Below are positions 51,091 to 63,835 of a stretch of DNA of 64,000 nucleotides, one piece after another; position 1 is the stretch's first letter; each line of letters starts with the position of its first letter. Source of the stretch: Octopus sinensis. Lineage: Eukaryota. Under the pieces are notes generated by a model. It made no database searches and was not told the DNA's origin. It saw only the letters and a program-made list of their open reading frames with translations. Both the position numbers and the translations under genes were made by a program. The DNA is taken from assembly GCF_006345805.1 (NCBI RefSeq), contig NC_043017.1, positions 4,278,001 to 4,342,000 of the forward strand. Direction: 5' to 3'.

Positions 51091-51744
51091 AACACCCAAA
51101 GTGCCATGCTTACTTTTAGAACTTTTCCTTTGAATTATTTCAACTGCTTCACTCAAAATTTCCTTTCTGTCTTTTTCAGTTTTTATGCCTGAAAAATATA
51201 AGGACATTTTTACAGACATGCAAGAAAGTATTTGGTTTAAAGGATCAGGATTTGTTTGATCCGCCAGATCTGTTTGATGTGAAAGATTTTCGGAAGGTAG
51301 GTGAAAAAGATTTTTTCAAAAAAAAAAATTGTATGTGTGCATGCATGTACATGCACACACACACGCAGGTACACACACAGGCGAATGAAGAAACAAAAAA
51401 AAGTAGCACTCAAAAGAGTTTGTCGGAGTTACATGTGTTTCGTAACAGTTTGGCTCAACTTCAAACGAGTTGGAAGTTTCGTGAGTGTGTGGCTTGTCCA
51501 CATCATCAGATGTTCAAAGTCAGTGTGGAGAGAATTTAAAAGAAATCTAAAATGGCTCCTCGGTGAAAATATTTAGGTTTCCATTTGTCTCATGCTTGTT
51601 ATTACCATTACACATCTATTTCATCCCTGTAGAATGTTGGTGTAATTTGGGTTGGCTTAAGCTTACCAGACCATCATCCCTGTGGGGATGTGTACATTTT
51701 TTTAGGGTATCCAGATAAATTACCTGAGGTGGTCAATGACCTTA

Positions 51745-52040
51745 CACTCCAAGGTGTAACTGCTGAAATCTTACCAAAAGTCCACTGGGAAGAAATTACC
51801 TCTCAAACACTTTAGTCTATAGATCCACACACACACACCATCTAATGACATCGCAAGACACTACAAAGGCATGACTGTCAATGACTTTAAGGGAAGATAT
51901 ATAAAACACAAACATTCCTTCAGGTGTAAGAAAAGGAAGACTCCACCGCCCTGTCCTGCTTCATCCAGGACCATTAAAACATTTTAGATTCCCATGGTTA
52001 TATCAAACAGAGTGTTTCCCTTTTTTACCCAATAGAAACA
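51745..52040 (+). pseudogene. Penelope-like element GIY-YIG endonuclease remnant
   Basis: RCNC*NLTKSPLGRNYLSNTLVY...RHYKGMTVNDFKGRYIKHKHSFR...STALSCFI (cf. CNC...CPL.G.C...VY...YIG.T...FK.RY..HK.SF...T.LS.YIW). Confidence 0.75.
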
Positions 52041-52824
52041 CTGTGAAACAAGTGATTTTATAGTATTCATGCTGAATCTGATTTCAAGAATTATTTGGTT
52101 AATTGTCTATCAAAGGCTAGGACTTTCAGGAGGAGGTATTAGATGAACTTGCAGGCTGCTTTATTCTCAATGTGGGGAACCAGTTAATTACAGTAGTTCT
52201 GCAATCCCATTGGAACAACTCTGTGACCCTTCACACATCGGATTTATACTTTCAAGGCTTTGAATTGCCCACTGCTGTAGTAGAAGACACCAGCCCAAGG
52301 AACTGGGACTGAATTTGAAACTGCATGGTTAGTAAGTGAATTTACCATAATAGTTTTGACTTAGGAACTACTGACTTTCTGATTGCAGAAGTGGTACCCA
52401 ACTAGAACAGTGGTGACTCCCACCCATCCTGTATAGATCGTAAATGGAAAATGTTGCTTTCTTGTATTCATGTTGAATTACTCTCCAGTAAAAGAAAGCA
52501 AACCTCTTCATATAATATTACTTTGAAATATAATTGAGTGTACAGTGTGTTTTTATCATCATCATCACCATCATCATCATCGTCATTGTTGTCATATTAC
52601 ATCCGCTTTCCATGCTGACATTTGTGTATGCTTGTTGGTGTGTAACCATTGGTCAGTATATATGAATATGTGTGTGTGTGTGCATGCATTTGTCAATCTG
52701 TGTGCTTGCATTTGTTTGTGTACATACGTGTGCATGTATTTGTCTTGGCATCTGTCGGTGTATGCCTGTGTGAGTGTGTTTTCTATATAACTACCCTATC
52801 AAATATGTAAGCATGCAGTTGTCA

Positions 52825-52873
<49 letters not shown>

Positions 52874-53695
52874 GTAGTATGTATGAAATAATGTGAAGTA
52901 GTTTGTGTATGAATAGATGGAAAACCATGATAATAGTGTCAGTTTCATTACTATGTTATACTGTCTGTCTGTTTCTGTTTCTCTCTCTCTCTCTCTCTCT
53001 CGCATTGTCTGTCTCTTTGCCTCGTCTTCTCTGGTATCAGCTTTGTTGTAACCAGGTCATTGCTTTCAAGATATTTAGACATACTGACAAGATAGAATTT
53101 TATCAGCTAATCCTTTCAAATTTCGTCCCCTCTTCACTTGTATTGCTAGGCTGAAACAATTGACACCTCACATTTTGCAATGTGGGCTTCATATTCTGGC
53201 ACCAAATAAAATAAAAGTAAGGAAAACACACCAACACACACACAATTTGAGGAAGTCCTTAATGAGGGTAAGTGGGTAGGGTAAATAATTAACAGATGTC
53301 ATTGCCTGGGATGTAACCCATCTAACTCCAAAAACCTGCTCTCTTTTGAAGTGACAACAATAATAATAATAATAATGATGATGATGATGATTTCAAATTT
53401 TGGCACAAGGCCAGCAGTTTTGGGGAAGAGATAAGTTGATATGAATAATAATAATAATCCTTTCTACTATAGGTATAAGGCCTGAAATTTTGAGGAAGGT
53501 GGCCTTGTCAACTACCTTGACCCCAGTACTGCTCAAACTGAGAGGATGAAACCTACCTCAACAGAATTTAAACTCAGAATGTAAAGGTGGACAAAGCACT
53601 ACCAAGCATTTTGTTTAGTGTGGTAATGGTTCTGCTAGCTTGCTACCTTAATAATAATAGTAATAATAGTAATAATAATAATGATTTTTTAAAAG

Positions 53696-53937
53696 GATAA
53701 AAAGCACCATCCGATCGTGGCCGTTTGCCAGCCTCCCCTGGCACCTGTGCCGGTGGCACGTAAAAAGCACCCAGTACACTCACGGAGTGGTTGGCGTTAG
53801 GAAGGGCATCCAGCTGTAGAAACACTGCCAGATCAGACTGGGCCTGGTGCAGCCTTCTGGCTTCCCAGACCCCAGTTGAACCGTCCAACCCATGCTAGCA
53901 TGGAAAGCGGACGTTAAACGATGATGATGATGATGAT
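53696..53937 (+). mobile_element. Family B repeat
   Basis: Ends GGAAAGCGGACGTTAAACGATGATGATG. Confidence 0.9.
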
Positions 53938-54729
53938 TGACTTAGGTCTTCACAAAGGTAAACAGTCAAGATGAAGAGCACAATTCGATGGTAATAGATA
54001 TTTTACTGATTGAACGATATTTCAACAGTAAGTCTGTCTTTGTCAAGTTCAAAATAAGAAGTAATTTTTATCACTTCTTGACAAAGAGACTTACTGTTAG
54101 CATTCTGGGCTAACAGTATACTTAGTGGTATAATGGGGAAAGGCATTAGTGGTTAAATTAACCCTAGTATTTTGCCTGATACTTAGTTTTTCAATTAAGC
54201 AAAGTTGACCTCTACTGGATTTCAACAATACTCCACACTAGATACATAATATTTGGGATGTAATACATTCTGAATAGTAGTGATTGTGAGTCTAGCTTGT
54301 GACCATTAGTATCATCGTCATCATCATCATTAACACTACCGTACTGTGCTTTGTATGTCTGGTCATCAGTATCATCATAGTCATCTTCAACAATACCTTA
54401 TTGTGCTTGGTATGTCTGTAATGTGCCTTATTGTAACTAATCTTACAGTTGATTGTCTCCTGTTAACTAGACTCTCCTTAACTACTCTGATCAAATTACC
54501 ACATTTCTCTCTCTCTCTCTCTCTCTCTTTTTATTTTTTTTTAGGTAGGCCTCAAGTTTACTGATCACATGACCATTATCACCTGATATGTGTATACCAC
54601 ATTGATAATATGTATCATTGTTTTAGCTGCCACCAAATGCCTATACCACTGTAAACTCAGTAACACATCTTACCTTCATTCTAGCCACTACAATCCTGTT
54701 TATGCCACCACATTCTCTGCAGATCAAAT

Positions 54730-55285
54730 AATCTTGCTCTTCTTTGGAGCAGATGAGGAGGAGTGTTTCCTCTGTGTGGATTGTCTCTTTGTCTCTGGTT
54801 CATAGTAATGAACTCAACACTCATCCTGGATTAGGAAATGTTCCAGGAAGCCAGCTGGATCTGCCTCAGACAGTATCAGATTTTCCTGTGACGTGATTAG
54901 CCTGTGTGTGTTAGACGAGGTGTTAGAAGCTGTGGCAACCTCTGAGCAGAAACTGTCATCATGCCAAGTTCATTTTGCAGAATATTCTCAACTCTCTCAT
55001 GGGATATGCTAATGACATTGGCTATTTGATTTATGGTCAATTGCTTGTCATCCATCGTCCTTCCATCCATAGTGAACATGATCAATATTTCTCTCAGTAG
55101 TGGCATTTGTAGGAGGTCCAGACCTTGGGTCACCTTCAAGACTCCCCATTCCCATCCTAAATTCAGTTGCCCACTTCTACGTTGTGGATAAAGGAGTAGT
55201 GTCATCCCTTAGTGCAGTGAGCATGTTGGTATGAATGTCATTGGGTGCTAAACCCTTTTTCTATAGATACTTGATAAGACCATGA
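54730..55285 (-). pseudogene. mariner transposase remnant
   Basis: KGLAPNDIH...KWATEFRMG..SLEGDPRSGPP, DDKQLTINQIANVISISHERVENILQNELGMMTVSAQRLPQLLT (cf. WVPR) and FLIQDECVHYYEPETKRQS-like (cf. TGDE.W.HYYEPE). Confidence 0.85.
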
Positions 55286-55412
55286 TGCCAAATTTGTGGG
55301 AACAAATTTAGCAATTTTTGGCAAAATATGTACCCTTTTGCCAAGATATAACAAAAAGTTAGTGAAATATTTATAATGTTTACAGTTGGATAGATAGACA
55401 AATATAACAAAA

Positions 55413-55780
55413 CTAGCACTATGACCCAGCAACGCTAGGTCATAGTGATTGTGCATGCATATACAGCTGCGTGCGTGCGCACATACACGCGAGTACTGTC
55501 CAAATCTCCGACCAATCCCATACAGCTAGCTGGCATTCAATTGGCGTATCAAGTTTCTGGCATTTTGATTGGGTTTTGGATAGAAAATTCACAAAAAAGT
55601 CACTTCTATTGATTTTTTAATGGCTTTGCGGGGTGACTGGGGAAATGTAAAGATGTGCACGACCACCCTTGGACGGTTTTGAATGACCATAGAAAGTGCG
55701 AGCCCTCTAACTGAAACATTGTGGATTTGTATAAAGGACACACATACAGACAGACATTTTGCCATTTATATATAGAGAGA
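55413..55780 (-). mobile_element. Non-autonomous Helitron
   Basis: Minus strand starts TCTCTCTATATATAAATGGC (cf. the 26456 copy) and ends with a long hairpin CACTATGACC...GGTCATAGTG and CTAG|T. Confidence 0.8.
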
Positions 55781-56573
55781 TAATTTGACAAAAAATGTGA
55801 ATTTTTTAATTATTTTCTGAGATTTTACAAAAACAACAAAAATATTATTAAAAAAAAAACAATTGTGTTGATTTCCAAGAGAAGTTGCTACTAGTTACTT
55901 TTGAAGTCTTCTTTGAACAGTGATTTGTCAGTTTATCTGGAAAGAAACAATGCAATTAATAGGAAGAGTTGAAATGAATGCATGCAAGATATCACAGCTC
56001 TAGCATCACCCCTTCATAATCAGCCTATGAACTTTTCAGCCCCCTACCTTGTAGGCAATGTAAAATATGGATGGAAGAAAATCAAGTGAAATAACCAGTG
56101 TTGGTGTGTTTATGTCCCTGTAACTTGGCAGTTTGGCAAAAGAGACTGATGTAGTAAGTAGCAGGCTTTACAAAGAAATAATAAGTACTGGGGTCCATTT
56201 GTTCAACTAAAATTCCTCGAGGTGGTGCCCCAGCATGGCCACAGTCTCATGACTGAAGCAAGAAAAAAATATGTGTGTGTATACATACACACATGCATAC
56301 ACTCACCCCCACTGCACACAAACAAACAGACAGGTGTGGTTCTGTGGTTAAGAGACCTGCTTCCCAACCATGTGATTTTGGGTTCAGTTCTACTTCATGG
56401 CATCTTAGGCAAGTGTCTTTTTTTTACAATAGCTTTGGGCCAACCAATACCTTGTGAGTGGATTTGGTTGACAGAAACTGAAAACAATTTGTCATTGTGT
56501 GTGTTTATGTTTGTGTGCACCCTTTTCTTGATATCATGATGGTTGGCAACAGGAAGGACTATAGAAAATCCAC

Positions 56574-56801
56574 TTAACCCTTTCGTTACCTACCCGGCTG
56601 AAACCAATTCTGGCTCTGAGTACAAATGTCTTGTTTTTATAAGTTTTGAATTAAAATCTTCCACCAAACCTTAGTCACAATTTATGCTCCTAACACTAGC
56701 TTAATGATAACTAAGTTATTTTACTAAATTCTTTGTTATATTTAAAGTAATTCAAAGAAACACAGAGTATCTCAAAATAAATACGGTAACGAAAGGGTTA
56801 A
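56574..56801. mobile_element. piggyBac-type MITE (family 2) inserted in a SINE A2 copy
   Basis: TTAA TSDs and perfect 13-bp TIR CCCTTTCGTTACC / GGTAACGAAAGGG; host A2 spans about 56335-56857. Confidence 0.92.
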
Positions 56802-57202
56802 GCAAATTCTGTCTCACCTTTGCAAACATGAAAAAGCGGATGTTAAATGATGATAATGCTACATTCATGCATACCTATACATATAGACATGCATATATGT
56901 GTGAGAGTGTATATATGTTTACACATGCAAATGTATATATGTACATGTGTCTGTTGAACATTCACTAACCTTACATGGTTGATTCATTCAGTGAGTTGAT
57001 AGTTCTTTTGATTGCACAATTGGAATATTTATTATCAAGTGCACTTTACAAATATAATATGTAAATGGGACAGTGAAAATATGCAAGTGTTTTCTAAAGT
57101 TCAGCATGTGCCACTTATCATTAACATAATTCCATCAATGGAGCTTTCCGTTTGTCTTAGAAACCAGCTCCTTCCATACAGAAAGAAAAAAAAAAACGTG
57201 TA

Positions 57203-57252
<50 letters not shown>

Positions 57253-57675
57253 TATAAGTATATATTTAATTAAAAGATATACTTATAAGTCTATTAGCCA
57301 AAAAAACATTGTATTGCTTCTATTAATTAGTTTATACACACTGCCAAAGACTTGCACTGTTAGAAAAATTAGGGCAGATCAATTCAGCTGTATCGGAGTC
57401 TGTGTATATTATAAATAGCTATAAGTACAATTCTTTTTGTGGTCAGGAAAATGAATGCCTCATCTCTGATAAAGTGTGTGTGTGGGGTGGTTGGGCAGGT
57501 GGGGTGGGTGGATTACTGAAACTAATGAAGCCAATCTTTTTTTGGTCACAGAGAGAAAAACATGTGGTGTAACCACTGTATCTTCTTTCACACAGAGAGG
57601 CCATAAATCAGTGTTTATTAAAAAGCATGCACCTCTAAGTCTGTTTTCTCCTTCCTTCCCTCCTTTTATTTATAA

Positions 57676-57755
57676 TCTATCCATCTATCCATCAAACTAT
57701 CTATCCATCCATTTATCCATCCATCTATCTACCTATCTATCTCTCTATCTATCTA

Positions 57756-57786
<31 letters not shown>

Positions 57787-57976
57787 ATTTGTCTATCTGC
57801 ATCTATCTGTCTAACTACCTATCTATCTATCTATATATTTGTCTATCTGCATCTATCTGTCTAACTACCTATCTATCTATCTATCTATATATTTGTCTAT
57901 CTGCATCTATCTGTCTAACTACCTATCTATCTATCTATCTATATATTTGTCTATCTGCATCTATCTGTCTAACTAC

Positions 57977-58035
<59 letters not shown>
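57676..58035. repeat. (ATCT)n microsatellite with a higher-order tandem unit of about 50-58 bp (4 copies)
   Basis: ATATTTGTCTATCTGCATCTATCTGTCTAACTACCT repeated four times between 57785 and 57980. Confidence 0.9.
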
Positions 58036-59027
58036 CCATTTTACATCCTCTTTCCATGCTAACACACATACACACACACAAATATATGAATGTATGTGTG
58101 TTAACATGTACATGTGTGTGTATGTATGTACACAGATGTACATGTGTGTATGTGCATTTGTATTTGTGTGTAATAGTTGTAAGACTAGGAGTACTGTCAA
58201 TTTTATTTTGTTTGTATATACTAGTTAGTAGTATTGGTGTTATATTTTGTAGTTTACACTGAAACAATGTGAAGACTTTCAGGTGATGAATCAAATCAAA
58301 CAGGTGTCGGTGTAGCTTGTGTTTCTCCTGGAGATGATGGTATACACTTCAACATGCTACGAAGGATCATATTCGGAAGGGTGGGTGGGTGGTAGGCATT
58401 GTGGTAGCCATGTTAGTGTTGCCGATGGTGGTGGAGCTAATGATTGTGTTTGTGACAACAGTAGCAACTAAAGATGATAGTAATAACAATAATAGTGGTT
58501 GTTTGGGGTTGTAGTAGTGTTGGTACTGGTAGCTATTGTATTAGTGGAGGCAGTGTTGATGGTGGTGGTGGTGGTGGCACAAGTATGGAGGGGGTCATGA
58601 TTGTGGTGGTGAAAAGTCAGCTAAGATTTGATATCTTTAGGCTGTGACCTAATTTCAGAACATAACTCTTCATACCTGCATTTTGAGAAATTTCTGTATA
58701 ATTAATACTATTTTTTCTACAGTAGGGTAGAGGGGGTGGGAGGTAGGTTGAGGTTAGGGTAAAAAAAGAACAGGAAATTGTTTTACTTGAGGTGTTTAAG
58801 AAATAAAACAAAAACAAAAGGCAAAAAGAAATATAAAAACAAAAAAAGAAACATCTTAATTAAGAATGTTTTTTTTTTGGAGTTTTTTCTTGTGTTGGTT
58901 TTTTTTTATTGTTTTGTTCTATTATTGTACAATGGATCTATTTGGTTTGCAGTTTTAAAGCCTACATCTGATATTTTATAGATTTGTGCGTGCGCGTGCA
59001 CATATTTGTATATGTGTATATACACAC

Positions 59028-59260
59028 AAGGCGGCGAGCTGGTAGAAACGTTAGCACGCCGGGCGAAATTCGTAGCCGTATTTCGTCTGTCGTTACGTTC
59101 CGAGTTCAAATTCCGCCGAGGTCGACTTTGCCTTTCATCCTTTCGGGGTCGATAAATTAAGTACCAGTTACGCACTGGGGTCGATGTAGTCGACTTAATC
59201 CCTTTGTCTGTCCTTGTTTGTCCCCTCTATGCTTAGCCCCATGTGGGTAGTAAAGAAATA
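59028..59260 (+). mobile_element. SINE family C, full length and young
   Basis: AAGGCGGCGAGCTGGTAGAAACGTTAGC...GAGTTCAAATTCCGCCGAGGTCGAC...GGGTAGTAAAGAAATA; CpGs intact. Confidence 0.92.
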
Positions 59261-59749
59261 TATATATATATATACACCACACATGCACACCTACTTAAAG
59301 ACATACACACTCTCACTGTCACATACATTCATAAACACATATACACACTCAATACTTTGTTGGAAAAAACCATGTGTGCAATCACACATGTTTGACATTT
59401 TTCTTTTTACTCCTGGTCATGCTGAGTGAATTTGTCCTCCATTTTATTTATCTCCTTTAATCAGTGACACGACCAAAGTGAATGGCAGACAGTAATGTCT
59501 TCTACTTCTAAACGGTTCGTGTTGCTCCTCTTCAAAGGGTCTCCACTTGGTCTTTGAACAGTTTCATTGATCTTCCAGTCAGACATTGGTCCTGATGTAG
59601 GCAGCTGTAGTTAGCATAACTTGGCTCATTCAATAGATATGGACCAGCAATGTAAGTACTGGCATCTTTTTGATAGACTAAAGATAGACCCTTGATAGAC
59701 CGGCTGATAGAAGCTATTGAAAAGAAATTACGTGTGCATATATACATAT

Positions 59750-59802
59750 GTCTAGTGGTTAGGATTCCCCAGGCGGCCCGTGTTTGATTCCTGGCAGGGG
59801 AA
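59750..59802 (+). pseudogene. tRNA-Glu-derived pseudogene lacking the anticodon
   Basis: GTCTAGTGGTTAGGATTC^CCCAGGCGGCCCGTGTTTGATTCCTGGCAGGGGAA versus metazoan tRNA-Glu(TTC) GTCTAGCGGTTAGGATTC-CTGGTTTTCA-CCCAGGCGGCCCGGGTTCGACTCCCGG...GGGAA. Confidence 0.8.
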
Positions 59803-60021
59803 CACGGTAAGTTGTAGGCATAAGATTGGTTGTGTGGTAAGAAACTTGCTTCCCAACAACATAGTTCCAGGTTCAGTCCTACTGTGTTGTACCTTGAGCA
59901 AGTGTTTTCTACTGTATCCTTGGACTGACCAAAGTCTTGTAAGTGGATTTGGTAGATGGAAACTGAAAGAAGCGCATTGTATATTGACATACATACATAC
60001 ATACATGCGTACGTACGTGAA

Positions 60022-60445
60022 CATTAAAAGCACATCCAAGTGTGACTGTTGCCAGGGCCACGGATTGGCTCCCATGCTGGTGACACATGGAAAGTACCAT
60101 TCGAGCATGATCGTAGCCAGTGTTCCCTTACTGGCACATGAAAAACAACATTCGAGCGTGGTCGTTGCAAGTGCCGCTGGACTGGCTCCCGTGCTAGTAG
60201 CACGTAAAAACACCTTTTGAGCATGAGCGTGGTCATTGCCAAAACCACCTAACTGGCCCTTGTGTTGGTGGCACATAAAGAGACCCACTACACTCAGAGT
60301 GGTTGGTGTTAGAAAGGGCATCCAGCCGTAGAAACTCTGCCAGGCCAGATTGAGTTTGGTGCAGCCTATGGCTCACCAGTCCTCGGTCAAACCGTCCAAC
60401 CCATGTCAGCATGGAAAGCGGACGTTAAACGATGATGATGATGAT
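60022..60445 (+). mobile_element. Family B repeat with about 4-5 internal tandem subunits, preceded by an old A head (59815-59975)
   Basis: Repeated GGCAC(A/G)T.AAAA.CACC.TTCGAGC.TGGTC.TTGCC units; tail GGACGTTAAACGATGATG. Confidence 0.85.
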
Positions 60446-60990
60446 ATATGTATATGTATGTATATATATTATTATTATTATATCTTATGAAATATATAGA
60501 ACTGCTTAAGAAGTGCTTGGGTCGAACCTGAGACACAAGATAAGAATTAAAATATAAACACAAATTAGGCAATCAACTTGTTTTCACATACTCATACAGT
60601 TATAAATTATAAACTAAAACTTGTCAAGAATGTGATTTTATGAGGATACCTTTCCTGTTATTCGCATGGTTTGTAAGATTTTTATTAATTTTTCTACCAG
60701 GACATGAACTTTGGAAACAGCTGTAGAAAGTGGACTTCCTTGAATTATATTATATACCAGTTATATACTGGGAAAAAAAACCAAAAAAAAACATTGTATT
60801 TTATGGATCTTTTAATTGGAACTCTTAACTGCTCTTAATTTTAGTACAAAAATATTTTTATCAGTCCTCTTTTTCTCACACTTTTTTCTATATATATTCC
60901 ACATGGATTCTATTTACATGTATTTTTATATATATTTATATTAAAAAAAATATTCATATATGTTGATTTGTATTAATATATATATATATA

Positions 60991-61396
60991 GGCGCAGGAG
61001 TGGCTGTGTGGTAAGTAGCTTGATTACCAACCACATGGTTCCGGGTTCAGTCCCACTGCGTGGCATCTTGGGCAAGTGTTTTCTGCTATAGCCCCGGGCT
61101 GACCAATGCCTTGTGAGTGGATTTGGTAGACGGAAACTGAAAGAAGCCTGTCGTATATATGTATATATATATATGTAAGTGTGTGTATATGTTTGTGTGT
61201 CTGTGTTTGTCCCCCTAGCATTGCTTGACAACCGATGCTGGTGTGTTTACGTCCCCATCATCTAGCGGTTCGGCAAAAGAGACTGATAGAATAAGTACTG
61301 GGCTTAGAAAGAATAAGTCCCAGGGTTGATTTGCTCGACTAAAGGCGGTGCTCCAGCATGGTCACAGTCAAATGACTGAAACAACTAAAAGAGTAA

Positions 61397-61399
<3 letters not shown>
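60991..61399 (+). mobile_element. SINE family A, full length
   Basis: Complete head-hinge-tail. Confidence 0.92.
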
Positions 61400-61434
<35 letters not shown>

Positions 61435-61478
61435 AAACAAGTCAAAAATAGAAAATGCTAAAATAATTTTATAGTGAA

Positions 61479-61526
61479 CATTTCAGTACCGGTTTCGGTC
61501 ATTTTGAGACCTTTTCAACTGTAACG
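61479..61526 (-). ncRNA. Type I hammerhead ribozyme, U3-A8 variant (minus-strand copy)
   Basis: Exact reverse complement of 61751-61798. Confidence 0.75.
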
Positions 61527-61750
61527 ATTAAATAATTAAATTTAGAAAAATTAGAAGAAAAGTTTTTTTAAAAGAATATTTCTATAGTAGTGTTCAGATT
61601 TAAGTGGCATTCTGCCTTTCTCTGACTCCCTTGTTTGCACTTGTGTGTCGGAGGTCGTTGTGAGTTCTTGGAAGGGTAGTAGAGGAAGAAGGCTGGTGGG
61701 GAAAGGGGGATGGGAGAATCTGGGAGTGCCCTGATGGTCGTATTTTGAAT

Positions 61751-61798
61751 CGTTACAGTTGAAAAGGTCTCAAAATGACCGAAACCGGTACTGAAATG
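61751..61798 (+). ncRNA. Type I hammerhead ribozyme, U3-A8 variant
   Basis: CGTT-A-CAG TTGAAAA GGTC TCAAAAT GACC GAAA CCGGT A CTG-A-AATG: stems I and II, palindromic ACCGGT stem III, GUA site; core C3-G8 pair replaced by U3-A8. Confidence 0.75.
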
Positions 61799-61880
61799 TT
61801 CACTATAAAATTATTTTAGCATTTTCTATTTTTGACTTGTTTTTTCATATATATCAACTCGTGTGTTCCTTTTCACCCTT

Positions 61881-61934
<54 letters not shown>

Positions 61935-62865
61935 GCATTTTAAGTTGAATTTATAACTGTATGAGCATGTACAAAAAGCTGGTTGCCTAATTTGAGTTTA
62001 TATTTTAATTCTTATATATATATATATATATATCTGAAGTACAGGAAATTGAATAGTAGGACCTCTGTAAAGCTGATTAACTTAAAACCTCTTAAAATGC
62101 AGCCTTCTACCCGAATATATTACTGCTACAAATATCATTTACTGAAGAAGCCAGGATGTTAGTGGATGGTATGGAATAGTGCAAGGCCCCACGTTTTCCA
62201 GTTGATCCTTACACAATTTTTGTTTACCCGTAACTATTTATTAGTTCCCCTTATTCTACACACATATACATACTTGTATGTGTGTGTGCATTCATGTGCA
62301 TGCATGCATATGCTCTCTATGAGTGTGTATGTATGTACGTGTATGATTGCTGTAAATGTCTTTCAGAAAACCTACTGTGTAGCGCAATGAGTGTTGATGA
62401 AACAACTACACTCTCCCTTTCTCTTTCTTCCCCCATCCCCACGTATGCATATATATATATGTGTGTATATCTGTGTAATATTCTCGCTAGTTGTTGACTG
62501 CTATAATTGATATGATGACATTAACATTAACGAGAATGAATTGATTCTTGGCAGAACAAAGAAAACTGTGGTAGCGTTTGATAGTTTGGTGGTAGTGGGA
62601 GTAGGGGGGGAGCTCTGTTGCATTTGTAATCTGTGGTTGGGCATTTTTGTAAACAGATTAAAGGTTTAAGAAGTTCACTGCCTTTTACTTGTGACCAGCT
62701 TAGTACTTTGTAATGTCATTTGACTATCAAGCCCTTGTGAATTGTAATTTGCTTCGCAAGCCCTTTTTTTTTTTTTTTTGGTGAGCTAGACTCGTTAATG
62801 TTACTGGGTTATTTATTCATCTACATCTCTGTCTTTTAGTCTGCATCTCTGTCTTTTCATCATCA

Positions 62866-63031
62866 CAGGAGTGCCTGTGTGGTAAGTAGCTTGCTTACCA
62901 ATCACATGGTTCCGGGTTCAGTCCCACTGCGTGGCACCTTGGGCAAGTGTCTTCTACTATAGCCTGGGCCGACCAATGCCTTGTGAGTGGATTTGGTAGA
63001 CGGAAACTGAAAGAAGCCTGTCGTGTATGTG

Positions 63032-63062
<31 letters not shown>

Positions 63063-63275
63063 ATGTGTATATATGTTTGTGTGTCTGTGTTTGTCTCCCT
63101 AGCATTGCTTGACAAACGATGCTGGTGTGTTTACGTCGCCATCACTTAGCGGTTCGCCAAAAGAGACCGATAGAATAAGTACTGGGCTTACAAAGAATAA
63201 GTCCCGGGGTCGATTTGCTTGACTAAAAGCGGTGCTCCAGCATGGCCGCAGTCAAATGACTGAAACAAGTAAAAG
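62866..63275 (+). mobile_element. SINE family A, near full length
   Basis: Head-hinge-tail match. Confidence 0.9.
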
Positions 63276-63835
63276 TATTGTTCGTCTGTGGTCGAGACAA
63301 TAGCATTTACTATGTTACGCCAGACTTCACGGTCCATCATAGCATTACGGAGGTCCTGTTGCTTGATGCCTGTATCCCTGGAGACTACATCAGGGTAGGA
63401 GAGTGTAATACCTGTCCTTCTTAGCCTTTCCTTTCATTCACTCTTGTTAATGTCATATAGCTAGTCAACCCTTGTTAGTCCTCGTTAATATGGTAGTTGA
63501 CCTCTGACATGATGTTGATTTTTAAGGTTAACCCTAAGTAGAACTGCAATCAAAGGCATTCCAGCCCTGTCCATCCATCCAACCATTTTTAGAGCCATAT
63601 AGGCCTACATTATCTAATGTGTCCTCCACTTTTTAAGACAGTAGGTGTGAGTTGAAAGAGACTTGGTTGCTACTTCTAGCAGGTCAAATGATTGAGACCT
63701 ACATCTTGTTGGGTAGTCCTTGTTAATGTAATTTATCTCGTTAATTACTTAGTCCTTGTTAATATCGTTTGGCTAGCTCTCTCTTGTTAATGCTATTTGG
63801 CTAATTTTCCCTTGTTGATATTATTTGGTTAAGTT

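Larger units (their letters stand above)
61431..61846. mobile_element. (TA)n-flanked element with 99-bp perfect inverted arms, each containing a hammerhead fold (Penelope-like inverted pLTR)
   Basis: 61431-61529 is the reverse complement of 61748-61846; 218-bp spacer. Confidence 0.8.

Noticed and set aside
51445-51515. Minus-strand CTGATGA TGTGG..CCACA cactcac GAAA CTTC..GAAG TT, hammerhead-like
   Set aside because: There are 7 extra nucleotides between stem II and GAAA, and no stem I partner after the putative cleavage site.
63440-63830. Spaced CCTTGTTAAT repeats, superficially like a repeat-spacer array
   Set aside because: Repeats are short, degenerate and irregular, with related spacers, eukaryotic context and no cas genes; a decayed minisatellite, not CRISPR.
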